A stretch of DNA of 64,000 bases, from positions 37,248,935 through 37,312,934 of the forward strand of contig NC_092376.1 in assembly GCF_030028105.1 (NCBI RefSeq). Reading direction: 5' to 3'. Numbering within the stretch: the first letter of the stretch is position 1; each line of letters begins with the position of its first letter. A program made the translations under genes and the position numbers. A model generated the notes under the pieces. The model saw only the letters and a list, made by a program, of their open reading frames with translations, searched no databases and was not told the origin of the DNA. Source of the DNA: Mobula birostris (taxonomy: Eukaryota). Shown in pieces: positions 38,130-51,717 of this stretch.

Positions 38130-39400
38130 AGTCTACAAAAGGACTTAGACAGATTAGGAGAATGGGCAAAGAAAGTGTATGGTCATTCACTTTGGTAGAA
38201 GGAATAAAGGCATAGAATATTATCTAAAGGGGAGAAAATTCTGAAATCAGAGGTGCAAAGGGGCTTGGGAGTTCTCATGCAGGATTCCTTGAAGGTTAAC
38301 TTGCAAGTTGAGATGGTGGTAAGGAAGGCAAATGTAATATTGCAAGGGTGCAATGCTGAAGTTTTATAAGGTATTCACCAGACCACACTTGGAATATTGT
38401 GAGCAGTTCTGAGTCACTTATCTAAGGAAATACAGTATGTGTTGACATTAGAAAAGTTCCAGAGGAAATGCATGAGAATGATTCCGGGAATGAAAGAGTT
38501 AACATACGAGGGTGATTGCTAAGTTTGTGGCCTAAGGTAGAAGGAGTCAATTTTAGAAAACCTAGCACATTTATTTTTCAACATAGTCCCCTCCTATATT
38601 TACACACTTAGTCCAGCAGTTGTGAAGCATACAGATCTTGGACCTCCAGAAAGTTTCCAGAGATGGGTGATTGATAAGTTCGTGGCCTAAGGTAGAAGGA
38701 GGTGAGTTATTAACTTCAAACTTTCTGCATGATCACTCAGAGTTGACCTGCATGTGCATGTAACGAGAGCTGTATAACTCATCTCCTTCTACCTTAGGCC
38801 ACGAACCTATCAATCACCCTTGCTGTGGACACTTTCTGGAGGTCCAAGATCCGTATGCTTCACGACCGCTTGACTAATTTGTAAATGTAGTAGGGCACTG
38901 TGTTGAAAAATAAATGTGTTAGGTTTTCTAAAATTGACTCCTTCTACCTTAGGCCACAAACTAATCAATCACCCCTCGTATGAGGAGCATTTGATAGCTC
39001 TAGGCTTGTACTTACTGAAGTTTAGAAGAAAGAATGGGCATCTCATTGAAACCCTTTGAATATTCAAAGGCCTAGATAGAGGGGATGAGGAGAGAATGTT
39101 TCCTATAGTGGTATGTCTGGGACCAGAGGTTACAGCCTCAGAATAGAAGGTCACCCCTTTAGAATAGAGATAAGGATGAATTTCTTTAGCCTGAGGGTGG
39201 TGAATCTGTGGATTTCATTGCCACAGACAGCTATGGAGCCAAATCATTGGATATATTTAAAGCAGAAATCTTTAGGTTTTTGATTAGTTATGCTTTCAAG
39301 GGTTACGGGAAAAAGGCAGGAGAACGGGGTTGAGGGGACCATGTGCAGAAAATTCAATGGGCTGAATGGTGTAATTCTGCTCCTATGTCTTATGGTCTTA
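38130..39400 (+). mobile_element. CR1 3' fragment interrupted by a MITE
   Basis: CR1 ORF2 C-terminal similarity rejoining across the MITE at gagttaacata|tgaggag. Confidence 0.85.
38507..38978. mobile_element. Mariner-type MITE, 472 bp, ~205-bp TIRs
   Basis: TA TSD (38505-06, 38979-80); cgaggg../..ccctcg ends; each TIR carries two copies of gggtgattg..gtggcctaaggtagaagga. Confidence 0.92.
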
Positions 39401-41900
39401 TTCCTTCTACTGAAATGCATGGCTATACACTTCCCTATACAGTATTCCCTCTGAACTTCTTTGCTGAATCTCCCAATTTATGCAAGTCCTTCTGCAGACT
39501 TCATGCTTCCTCTATCAATCTTTATATTGTCTGCAGCCTTGGCTACAATGTCATCAATTCCATCATTCACATCATTAATATAATATAAAGAAAAGTGAAC
39601 CCAACGCCTACCCCTGAGAAACACCACTAGTCACTGGTAGCCAATCAGGAAAGGCCCTCTTTATTTCCACTCTTTTCTTTCTCCCAGTCAGCCAATCTTC
39701 TGTCCCTGCTAGTACCTTATCTACAATACCATGGGCTCCTATATTGTTTTGCATTTTGCCAAAGGTCTTCAGAAAATACAAGTAAACAACATCCACTGAC
39801 TCTCCTTTGTTTATCCTGCCCATTGTTTCCTCAAAGAATCCCAAGAGATTTGTCAAGCAAGATTTTCCCTTAAGGAAACCATGCCGACTTCAGCCTATTT
39901 TATTGAGATCCTAAAAGTACTCTAAAACCTCGTCCTTAATCCTCTAACTACTGATGTCAGGCTAACTGGCCTACAGTTTCCTATCGTTTGTCTTCCTCCC
40001 TTCTTAAAGAGTGGAGTGACATTTGTGATTTTCCAATCTTCTGGAATCTTTCCAGAATCTTGTGATTCTTGGAAGATCGCTACAAATCCCTCCACAATCA
40101 CTTCAGCTACCCCTTTCAGAACCCTGGGGTATAGACCATCCAGTTCAGGGACTTACAGACCTTTCAACTTCCCACACAACTTTTCCTTAGCAAATAGCAA
40201 CCATTCTTCCTCCCTCTCTAAATTCCCCTGCATATCAGATGTAAAAAGCTGAACCTGGGCACCAGGAGGCAACACAGCCTTCAGTACTTGCAATCCTTGA
40301 GACAGAAAATTGTGTCTGTTTTAATTGTGGCTGTACTATACCCAACTACAACCACCCCCCATACCTCCCTGAACCACAGAGCACGGTTAAGTTGCTCATC
40401 CTTCCTACAGCCCCCACTCTCATCTACACAGAGAGCAAGAATCTCTGTTCTGTGGGACAAGCTTGGTGATGAGGCTCCTCCAACACTACCTCTGGGATTG
40501 CCCTACTTGCTCACTCACCAGTGTCTTACCATAGACTGAATTAGAAGCGCAGGGTCATAGAGAAGTACAGCACAGAAACAGGACCTTCAGTCCATCTAGT
40601 CCATGCCGAAACCATTTAGACTGCCTATTCCCGTCGACCTGCACTGAAATTATAGCCCTCTGTACCCATACCATCCATGTACCTATCCAAACATCTCTTA
40701 AATGTTAAAATCAAGCTTGCATGCACCACTTGTGCTGGCAGATCGTTCCACACTCTCATGACCTTTTGAGTGAAGAAGTTTCCCAGCGTGTTCCCCTTAA
40801 ACTTTTAACCTTTCACATTTAACCATTGGTTGTAGTCCCACCCAAGCTCAGAAAAAGCCTACTTGCATTTACTCTATTTATACCCCTCATAATGTTGTAT
40901 ATCTCCATCAAATCTCCTGTCAATCTTCTACATTCTAAGGAATACTGTCCTAACCTTACTTGTAACTCAAGTCCTCCAGATCCAGCAACATCCTTGTAAG
41001 TTTTCTTTGTTTACATCTTTCTTGTAGGCAGGTGACCAAAACTGCACATAATACTCCAAATGAGGCCCCACCTACGTCTTGTACAACTTCAACATAACAT
41101 CTCATTTCCTGTACTCAGTATATTGATTTATGAGGGCCAATGTGCCAAAGGCTTTCTTTATGACCCTATCTACCTGTGACGTCACTTTCATTGAGTTCTG
41201 TACCTGTATTCCCAGATCCCTTTGTTCTACCACACTCCTCAGTGCCCTGGTTGATCCTACCGTAGGACAAAACTTTGCACTTGTCTGCATTAAATTCCAT
41301 CTGTTATTTTCAGCATATTTTCCCGCTGATGTAGATCTACAAGTCATAAGAGCCTTCCTCACTGTCCACTACACCCACAATCTTGGTGTCAGGCACAAAT
41401 TTGCTGATCCAGTTAACCACATTATCACCCAGACCATTGATATAGATGACAAACAACAAAGAAGGACCCAGCATTGATCCCTGTGGCACAGCAGTAGTCA
41501 CAGACCAGACAGTGAGGCAACCCTCTACTACCACTCTCTGGCTTCTCCCACAAAGCCAATTTCTAATCCAATCTATTACCTCATCTTGAATGCCAAGCAA
41601 CTTGACCAGCCTCCCATGCGGGATATTGTCAAATGCCTTACTAACCTAATGGATGTGTTTGCAACCTAAAACATAACAATCAGATAACTTTCCCCCTCCC
41701 TGATACATTGCAGTGTGTGAAGTTCAGATTCCATGTCATCATCTTTGAGCCTAAGTTCCCCAAGCAACCAACACTTGCTGCACATGTGGTCACCAGGAAA
41801 CACAATCGTCCACCAGCTCCCACATTATCCAACTGCAGCACCTCACCTGATGCTGTAACCCTACTTTATTTAATTACTTGTAACTTGGTGGCTTTAGTTA
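39401..41900 (-). mobile_element. Old internally deleted CR1 (RT and ORF1 remnants) with nested CR1 at ~40555-41645
   Basis: ORFs 39608-39856, 41102-41362, 41337-41600; CR1 3' end gtcatagagaagtacagcacagaaacagg at 40555. Confidence 0.8.
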
Positions 41901-42404
41901 ATTACTCTGTTGTTAATATCCTCCTTTATCTCTCATCTACAAGCCTACTGAGCAATTAGTTTGTCTGAGTCATTTAAAGACGAAAGGTTAATAAGAGAGA
42001 ATCTAATCACCTACTCGGGCATTACCCTTGCAAAAATCCCATAATCAATAACCTGGGGGTTACTCTTGACCAGAAACTCACCTGGACTAGCCGCATGAAT
42101 ACTGTGGCTACAAGAGTCGATATCTTGAAATGAGAAACTCCCTAAAGCCTTTCTGCAGCATTCCTCGTGTTTGTGTAAATATTGTGATTATTTTTTGGAT
42201 GGCAGGGTGGAGATATGTCTCTGCCAATGGAGGTATTGGGCGCTCTTTCCTTTCACCAGTTTCCTGGTCACCCTTGGGCAAGGTGTACCACCTGCTTATC
42301 CCTCCGATCAGGTCATGTAAAGCCCTGGGAGCAGGTGGTGGATGATCATTTGAGCAGCTGGTGCGCATCCCAAGAGCTGGTTATGCAATCACTGACACCA
42401 GGCA

Positions 42405-45400
42405 GCAGCCAGATCTCTGGCACTGAGTCTGGTTCTGCAGTGCAGAAGGGAGGATGGAAGAAGAGGAGAGTGATTGTGATAGAGGACTCGATAGTTAGAG
42501 GTACAGACAGGAGGTTCTGTGGTCATGACAGAGACTCCCGGATGGTTTGTTGCCTCCCAGGTGCCAGGGTCAGGGATGTCTCTGATCACATGCACAGCAT
42601 TCTGAAGTGGGAGGGTGATAAGCTGGATGTCATGGTATACATCGGTACCAATGACGTAGGAAGAAAGAGTGAGGAGGTCCTGAAGAGTGAGTATAGGGAG
42701 CCTGGTAGGAAGTTAAAAAGCAGGACCTCGAAGGTGGTAATCTCAGGATTGCTACCTGTGCCACGTGCCAGTGAGATTAAGAATAGGATGCTCTGGCAGA
42801 TGAACCTGCGGCTGAGAAACTGGTGTAGGGGGCAGGGTTTCAGATTTCAGGATCATTGGGACCTCTTCTGGGGCAGGTGGGACCTGTACAAGAGAGACAG
42901 GTTACACCTGAACTGTAAGGGGACCAATATCCTTGCAGGGAGGTTTGTTAGTGCTATTGGGGAGGGTTTAAACTAGATTTGCAGGGGGATGGGTACCAGA
43001 GTGCTAGAGCAGATAGAACATGATGTTAAAAGTTCATGCAAAGTCACAAATAGAAGGGCTGTGTGTGATGGTAATAATCTTCTGAGGTGTGTCTATTTCA
43101 ATGCAAGGAGTATTGTGGGGAAGGCTGACGAGCTGAGGGCATGGATTGACACATGGAATTACGGCATTATAGCCATTAGTGAAACTTGGCTGCAGGAGTG
43201 GCAGGACTGGCAGCTTAATGTTCCAGGGTTCTGATGTTTCAGATGTGATAGAGGCAGAGGAATGAAGGGTGGGTGGGGGGGAGGAGTTGGCATTGCTAGT
43301 CAGGGAAAATGTTACAGCAGTGCTCAGGCAGGACAGGTTAGAGGGCTTGTCTACCGAGGCCATATGGGTGGAGCTGAGAAACAGGAAAGGTATGACCACA
43401 TTAATGGGGTTGTATTATAGACCATCCAATAGTCAGCAAGAATAGGAGGAGCAAATTTGCAGAGAGATTGCAGACAACTACAGGAAACATGAAGTTGTGA
43501 TAGTAGGGGATTTTAATTTTCCACATATTGATTGGGACTCCCATACTGTTAAAGGTCTAGACGGGTTAGAGTTTGTAAAATATATTCAGGAAAGTTTTCT
43601 AAATCAATATATAGAGGTACCAACTAGAGAGGATGCAATATTAGATCTCCTATTAGGAAACGAGTTAGGACAGGTGATGGAAGTGTGTGTAGGGGAACAC
43701 TTTGGTTCCAGTGATCATAACACCATTAGTTTCAACTTGATCATGGATAAAGATAGACCTGGTCCTTGGGTTGAGGTTCTAAACTGGAAAAAGGCCAAAT
43801 TTGAAGAAATGAGAAAGGATCTAAAACGCGTGGATGGGGACAGGTTGTTCTCTGGCAAGGATGTGATTAGTAAGTGGGAAGCCTTCAAAGGAGAAATTTT
43901 GAGAGTGCAGAGTTTGTATGTTCCTGTCAGGATTAAAGGCAAAGTGATTAAGAATAAGGAACCTTGGTTCTCAAGGGATATTGGAACTCTGATAAAGAAG
44001 AAGAGAGAGATGTATGACATGTATAGGAAACAGGAAGCAAATAAGTGCTTGAGGAGTATAAAAAGTGCAAAAAAAAAACCTAAGAAAGAAATCAGGAGGG
44101 CTAAAAAAAGAGCATGAGGTTGCTTTGGCAGTCAAAGTGAAGGATAATCCAAAGAACTTCTACAGCTATATTAAGAGCAAAAGGATAGTAAGGGATAAAA
44201 TTGGTTCTCTTGAAGATCAGAGTGGTTGGCTATGTATGGAACCAAAAGAAATGGGGGAGATCTTAAATGTTTTTTTTGCATCTGTATTTACTAAGGAAAC
44301 TGGCATGAAGTCTATGGAAATAAGGCAAACAAGTAGTGAGGTCATGGAACCTATACAGATTGAAGAGGAGGAGGTGCTTGCTACCTTGAGGCATATCAGA
44401 GTAGATAAATCCCCAGGATCTGACAGGGTATTCCCTCGGACCTTGAAGGAGACTAGTGTTGAAATTGCAGGGACCCTGGCAGATATATTTAACATGTTGG
44501 TATCTACGGTTGAGGTGCCGGAGGATTGGAGGATAGCTCATGTTGTTCCATTGTTTAAAAAAAGGTTCTAAAAGTAATTTGGGAAATTATAGGCTGGTAA
44601 GTTTGACGTCAGTAGTAGGTAAATTATTGGAAGGAGTACTAAGAGATAGGATCTACAAGTATTTGGATAGACAGGGACTTATTAGGGAGAGTCAACATGG
44701 CTTTGTGCGTGGTAGGTCATGTTTAACCAATCTATTGGAGTTTTTCAAGGAGGTTACCAGGAAAGTGGATGAAGGGAAGGCAGTGGATGTTGTCTACATG
44801 GACCTCAGTAAGGCCTTTGACAAGGTCCTGCATGGGAGGTTAGTTAGGAAGATTCAGTCACTAGGTATACATGGAGAGGTGGTAAATTGGATTAGACATT
44901 GGCTCAATGGAAGAAGCCAGAGAGTGGTAGTGGAAGATTGCTTCTCTGAGTGGAGGCCTGTGACTAGTGGTGTGCCACAGGGATCAGTGCTGGGTCCATT
45001 GTTATTTGTCATCTATATCAATGACCTGGATGATAATGTGGTAAATTGGATCAGCAAATTTGCTGATGATACAAAGATTGGAGGTGTAGCGGACAGTGAG
45101 AAAGGTTTTCAAAGCTTGCAGAGGGATTTGGACCAGCTGGAAAAATGGGCTGAAAAATGGCAGATGGAGTTTAATACAAACAAGTGTGAGGTATTGCACT
45201 TTGGAAGGACAAGCCAAGGTAGAATATACAAGGTAAATGGTAGGGCACTGAGGAGTGCAGTAGAACAGAGGGATCTGGGAATACAGATACAAAATTCCCT
45301 AAAAGTGGCGTCACAGGTAGATAGGGTCATAAAGAGAGTTTTGGTACATTGGCCTTTATAAATCAAAGTATTGAATATAAGAGTTGGAATGGTTATGGTG

Positions 45401-45977
45401 AGGTTGTATAAGGCATTGGTGAGGCCGAATTTGGAGTATTGTGTGCAGTTTCGGTCACCAAATTACAGGAAGGATATTAATAAGGTTGAAAGAGTGCAGA
45501 GAAGGTTTACAAGGATGTTGCCGGGACTTGAGAAACTCAGTTACAGAGAAAGGTTGAATAGGTTAGGACTTTATTCCCTGGAGCGTAGAAGAATGAGGGG
45601 ATATTTGATAGAGGTATATAAAATTATGATGGGTATAGATAGAGTGAATGCAAGCAGGCTTTTTCCACTGAGGCTAGGGGAGAAAAAAAACAGAGGACAT
45701 GGGTTAAGTGTGAAGGGGGAAAAGTTTAAAGGGAACATTAGGGGGGGCTTCTTCACACAGAGAGTGGTAGGAGTGTGGAATGAGCTGCCAGATGAAGTGG
45801 TAAATGGGGGATCACTTTTAATATTTAAGAAAAACTTGGACAGGTACATGGATGAGAGGTGTATGGAGGGATATGGTCCAGGTGCAGGTCAGTGGGACTA
45901 GGCAGAAAAATAGTTCGGCACAGCCAAGAAGGGCCAAAAGGCCTGTTTCTGTGCTGTAATGTTCTATGGTTCTATGG
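42405..45977 (+). mobile_element. Young CR1 with ORF1 SGNH-esterase domain and complete but frameshifted ORF2
   Basis: VIVIEDSIVRG..IGTND..DRLHLN (to 42976); YFNARS, GDFN, SDHN, GVPQG, KFADD; (ttctatgg)n tail. Confidence 0.96.
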
Positions 45978-46714
45978 AATATTGATAATGGTTGGGGTCA
46001 CATATCTTGTAAAGACACTACCCAAAAGAACTTCTGTAGAAAAGTTTTTTAGGAACAATAATGGCCGTGAGACTATGATTGCCTACTTCATACAACATGG
46101 CACGTAAGGATGATGATAATTCTTTTTTAACCTTCCTGCTTTGCAGTCTTAGGTAATTCTTTAATGTAATTGGCTGCTCAGTAAATTTGATGACATCCCA
46201 GGTGCCGGTGATAAGCAATTCTCGTGGTTGCAGGTAACATTGTCAAGAAAGAAGCCCTTCTGACAGAAATTGTTGGATCTTAGCAGACTCTTCCTTTAGG
46301 ATCAAAGCTCAAAATAAGTTTATTATCAAAATATATATGTGTCATCATATACAACCCTGAGAGTTACTCAATGGCAATTACAGTTATTATCATTCCCATT
46401 CCTGTTTCCAAAAGGAAAATTACCTGCACTATATAGATTCTGATATGGAACACCTTTATCAAAGATAAAACCAGAGATCAAGAGATATGGCTAACAATCC
46501 CTTAAAGGAGTGATGCATGACATAATTCCTCCTTTCACGCTGAAGTCCTGTACTGTGGGGTGATCAGGAGGGGCATTGCAAAAGCTCTGGCTGAATTCTG
46601 GAGTTAAGATGTTGACTCCCCATGTTAACTGTTCATTTTCCAGAATGCACTCAATTTTATTAATATCCTTTATAATAACTGAGGCCTAGCACTGCTCCCT
46701 GTAGTAGACAGATG

Positions 46715-47890
46715 GATACCTTATTGATCCCAAAGGAAATTACAGTGTCAGAGCAGCATTATAACTGTACAGATACAGTATTAGGAGAGAAGTAAGAAAG
46801 AATAAAAAATAAGTTACCTCAAACAGTCTAATAGGAGGGAGTCATCACTTTCCCTGCTGTAGGTTGACTCATTATAGAGCCTAATAGCCGAGAGTAAGAA
46901 TGGCTTTCTGTAGCGCTCTTTGGAGTAGCGCAGTTGTCTTAGTCTATTAATAAAGGTGCTCCTATGTTCAGCCAGCGTGGCATGCAGAGGGGGAGAAACA
47001 TTGTCCAGAATTGCCAGAATTTTCCGTAGGGTCCTGTGTTCTATCACAGCCTCCAGTGTGTCCAGTTTGACTCCTATAACCAAACCAGCCTTTCTAATCA
47101 GTTTATTGAGCCTGTTGCATCACCCATGTTGATGCCATTGCCCCAGCACACCATTGGACTGGCAACAACAGGCCGGTAGAACATGTGAAGGAGAGGCCTG
47201 AGTACTCCAAAGGACCTCAGTCTCCTCAGGAAGTAGAGGTGGCTCTAGCCCTTCTTGTCCAAAGCCTCTATGTTGGTGCTCCATGCAGGTCTGTCATTCA
47301 GGTGCACCTGCAAGTACTTGTAGGTCCTCATCACATCCACGTCCTCACCATCAATAGCTACAGGGAGCAGTGCAGGTTTAGTCTACCTAAAGTCCATCAC
47401 CATCTCCTTTGCCTTACTGATGTTGAGCTGCAGATGATTCAGCTTGCACCATTCAACAAAGTCCTCCACCAGGGTCCTGTATTCATCCTCCCATCCTCCC
47501 TTTATACACCCAACTATTGCTGAGTCATCAGAGAATTTCTCCAGATGACATGACTCCGTGTTGTATCTAAGTCTGAGGTATACAGGGTAAACAGGAAAAG
47601 AGCCTGTGGGACCTCAGTGTCATAGCCATGTCTATCACACCGCTGTGAAGCCACACAAACTGTGGTCTGCCAGTCAGTCCATTATACAGGATACAATGGA
47701 CATGCCAACCTTCATTGAATGGAGATTTTCCCTGAGCAATAAGGGCTGTATGGTATTGAAGACACTTTTAAAAAAAAAGCAAAAAACATGGTTCTCACAT
47801 GGTGCTGCCCTACTCAACCAAATGGGAATAGGCTCTTTTCAGTAGGTAGATGACAGTATCATTAACTCCAATGTGCTCCTGGTAGACAAA
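46715..47890 (-). mobile_element. Rex-Babar LINE fragment
   Basis: ORF 46814-47083 (LHATL..FLLSAIRLYN) and minus-strand KFSDDS RT motif near 47520. Confidence 0.82.
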
Positions 47891-47914
47891 CTTGGCTAGT
47901 TATATTAGCTTTGT

Positions 47915-48230
47915 TTATTTGTCACATATACATTGAAACATACAGTACAGTAAAACACATGATTTGCATGAATGCTAAACGCCTAAGGATGTGCTAGCTG
48001 CAGCCCAAAATTGTCAGCATGTTCTGGGACTGGCATAGCATGCCCACAATTTACTAGCTGTAACCCATTCGTTTTTGGAATATGGGAGGGAACCAGAGTA
48101 CCCCAAGGAAACCCATGCAGTCGAATGTACAAACTCCTTACAGACAACGGCAGACCTAAACCTGAGTCACTGGTTCTGTTAACATTATGTTACATTAACC
48201 AAAGTGCTACCTTGCCCCTACCTTCGCTAC
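47915..48230 (-). mobile_element. V-SINE-like element
   Basis: gggaaccagagtaccccaaggaaacccatgcag..tacaaactcc resembles the reverse V-domain. Confidence 0.65.
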
Positions 48231-48651
48231 CATGACACCCCCTACCCTGCCAGTCTAAATTGTTGCATTTGTTTCTATTCTGTTGCTCAGCTGGTCCACT
48301 ATACATAGAAACGTGTGACCCTCTACTGCTATGAAGACTTACCTTTCATGTGGCTCTTTATTAAATGCCCTTTGAAATCCAAATACACACATTTACAGGT
48401 TCTGATTTATCCACACTGTAAAAATTCTATCTTCAAAGAGCTCTAATAAATTTGTCAAATACAGTTTTCCGTTTATAAATAGCTTACTTATTAATGGTTA
48501 TCAGCAATTTTCCAAGAACAGGTGTTAGAGTACTGGACTATATTTACCTGCTGATTTTTCTCCCCAAATTCTTGAATAAGGGTTTTATCTTTTCAATTTT
48601 CCAGTCCATTGAAAATTTTCCAGAATCTGGAGAACCTTGGAAGATAACAGG

Positions 48652-49250
48652 TTCAAGATTGTTCGTCATTTGCAATACATGAGTGTAAAGGGGAAAAAAT
48701 AATTGTTTCTCTGGATCTGATGCAGCTAAAAAAAACATAGTAAGATAAAGAACATAATAATAATTTTTTTAAATGCAAAAATATAAATAGTAAGGTAGCT
48801 TATAGATTGATTGTATGACTTTAAAATGATGCTAGGGATAGGAGTGTCAGTAGGTAAGGTGACTGACAGGAAAAGATTAAGTAGCGTTGATTGGGGGTGA
48901 GAAGGGGTGAGTTAGTTGGTGGAGGTGTTGATCAGCCTTACTGTTTAGGGAAAATAACTTTATGAGTTTGGTGGGCCCGGCATGAATATTACTAACTTGC
49001 TCCCTGATGGAAGTGGGACAAACAGTCCATGAACAGGATGGGTGAGATCCTTTATGATGTTATTGGCCTTTTTCTGGCACATTTCTGTATGTAGGTTCTT
49101 GATGGTGGGGAAGCTGGCACCGGTGATGTATGGGCAGTTTTGACTGCCCATGGTGTAGGCTTCCTGCCTGCCACAGTGCAGTTTCCATACCATGGAGTGA
49201 TGCAGCTTGTTAGGATGATCCCTATGCACACCTGTAGAATGACGTGAGAT
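48652..49250 (-). mobile_element. Rex-Babar 3' fragment
   Basis: KKANNIIKDLTHPVHGLFVPLPSG; 3' UTR shared with 53112-53440. Confidence 0.8.
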
Positions 49251-49477
49251 CTCTGCTATTTTTAAGGGTCTGGGATTCAGGTCAATGTGTTCAGCGACAT
49301 TAGCAAGCTTTACTTCCTTTGCATCTACCCATGTTGACAAAAGGCTGGGTTTGAACTGCTGCTAACTATACAAGGATTCAACCCAAAAATTTAGCAAATG
49401 GTAACAGACTAGAATTTCACACTCTGTGATATTTCACCTTTATCCAAATTGAAATAATGCAATCACATAACACAGGA

Positions 49478-49608
49478 GTTGTGATGAAGGGTCTCAACCC
49501 AAAATGTGACTGTTCATTTCCCTCCACAGATATTGCCTTACTCTCTGAGTTCCTCCAGCTCCTTTATGTGTTCCTCAAGATTTCCAGCATCTGCAGTCTC
49601 TTGTGTCT
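49478..49608 (+). mobile_element. PLE 3' terminal fragment starting at a decayed hammerhead
   Basis: tgatgaagggtctcaacccaaaatgtgact..ccagcatctgcagtctcttgtgtct. Confidence 0.8.
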
Positions 49609-50130
49609 CCACCTAACGTAATGGCTCATGCTAATCTTACGTAACTAGCGTTCTCACAGCTGCTTTAGTGGTCAATCCACTGATGGTCTGATGGTGTTCA
49701 GCTTCTGGTGATTGACCAGCTCACCTCTTTCCTTTCTGCAGTCTCTATCATAGTAGTCATCTGGTTGACATCTTCAGGTGTAACCGGATCAAACTTCTCT
49801 GACTCTGCTGATTGTTATCCCTAGCCCTCCCTGTAATCTCATCACCTTACCAGTTAGCTTGGAGTATGGAAGAGATAAGCTCAGACTGTCTCATCTTTGT
49901 TTCACTGGTACCTTGTGTTTACCATACAGTTGTCTCAAAAAATGTCAGCAGCTTACAGATCTATATTTAAATCATACATCAGGTGATTCTATCTTTGTGC
50001 ATCTGCCTCACTGCTTGCCTGCTCATACCCCACTTATTTGATTGTGCTATCTTTATCGTTTATGTATGTTGTAAATTCATCACTTAACCAGTCCTCTGTC
50101 ATTAAAGAATGCCATTCTTTTTTAAGGTAG

Positions 50131-50445
50131 CCATTATCGGATGGAAATGTTTTTGATGAATTTTATGAAAAATTTGAAAAGCTGATTAATGGGTTGTATC
50201 CCAACATCAAGATGAGTATTTACATTTCCAAAGCCTTTCTGGGAAGAATCCAGATTTGTTGGAACCAAGGCTGTTACTTTTATTTGAATTCCAGAGCCTT
50301 GTCGACATTCAAGACAAGGTCAATGAAAATTTGATGGATAGATGTAAGAAAGTACAAGTCTTCTCCTCCTACCTTTCTGCAAGCTCGATGTCTATTCTTT
50401 AGATGTTAATCTTGGAGCATGCTGCATGCGGGGATGTTCATTTCG
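50131..50445 (+). pseudogene. GREB1-like pseudo-exon G
   Basis: 315 nt, acceptor ttttaaggtag|, donor cgg|gtaatt; one frame with two stops. WIDVRKYKSSPPTF cf. WPDLELFKKLPFDY. Confidence 0.6.
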
Positions 50446-50596
50446 GGTAATTAGTGTATGATAATGGCAGACCTGTCAGTGCTATACAGCCAATTGCCTC
50501 CTTTAATGTAACTGTAAATAAATGTACATGCTGCAGATTTGGCCACAGTCCTTGGTTTGTCTTAGACTTCCTCTTCAGCGATAGGGATTGTTGTAA

Positions 50597-50774
50597 ACGC
50601 TCACAACATGCTGGAGGAACTCAGCAGGTCGGGCAGCATCCGTGGAAATGATCAGTCAACGTTTCAGCCCGAAACGTTGACTGATCATTTCCACGGATGC
50701 TGCCCAACCTGCTGAGTTCCTCCAGCGTGAAGTGAGTGTTGCTTTGACCCCAGCATCTGCAGAGTATTTTGTGT
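50597..50774. mobile_element. Fold-back PLE terminal insertion with 15-bp TSD
   Basis: tagggattgttgtaa at 50582-50596 and 50775-50789; near-perfect ~60-bp arms around a 5-nt loop (50666-50670). Confidence 0.92.
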
Positions 50775-50959
50775 TAGGGATTGTTGTAAGTTCCTCCTTT
50801 TCCCCTTGATTTTCTACCATTAGATTGAAGTTTTTAGCATCTTACAATTTGAAGGCTGAACAAAGACCTATTCAAAGATTTTGCTGCTTTATTTCCATTA
50901 CCAGTTCTCTGGTTTCCCGTTTTTTGCTCATCTCTTCCACTCAGATTCCTGGGGACTAC

Positions 50960-51717
50960 CATTATCAATACATAGACGTGGGACAAGCACGTACGCTCAT
51001 CACTAGGAAAGCCCAGTAAAGATTGTTCTTTCTACGCCAACTTTGGAAACTTAACATTTCAAGGCATATCTATATGAATTTTTACTCAGTCATCATTGAG
51101 AGTGTTGTGATCACCTCTATCACCATTTGGTTTCCCACTGCCTCCCTCCTTTCCAAGTCCAGGTTGCAGTGAGTGGTTCACTCAGCGGAGAAGATCATTG
51201 GCTGTCAGCTACCGACATTTAAAGACCTGTTCATCACCACAGCGAAGAAAAGAGTTAAAAAAATTACTGCTGAGTCCACCCACCCTATCAGTCACCTATT
51301 CAACAAATTGCCATCAGGGAGAAGCTACAAGTCCAACACCACCAGGACTACACGTCATCTCTGAAGCTTCTTTCCTGTAGCTATCCAGCTTCTCAACAAA
51401 ACTCACTCAGGTGTAATATCCTAACTGTCCCTGCACATCGTCCATTAAATGGTCATTCCTGCTTTCCTTGTTTTGTTGATAATTATAGAGAATGTTTATA
51501 TATGTTCACATTTATTTAAGTTTAATTGTTGACATTTGCACATGTGACCACTCAGCTAATTACTGATTGCTCATGACTGTTTGCATTATTGTCTTGTGAA
51601 TTGTTGGTTGCTATTGTTATGGTCTGTTATGGTCTTGTCCTGTGCTTTATGCTTGGCATCAAACCACCATCAGTTCTGGTGTGTTTCATATACTGGCAAT
51701 AAAGTGATTTTGATTCT
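50960..51717 (+). mobile_element. Rex-Babar 3' fragment
   Basis: AEKIIGCQLP..THPISHLFNKLPSGR; caataaa plus short tandem tail. Confidence 0.8.

Noticed and set aside
42215-42976. 253-aa ORF as a host esterase gene
   Set aside because: CR1 ORF1 fragment read in from flanking DNA, directly upstream of CR1 ORF2.
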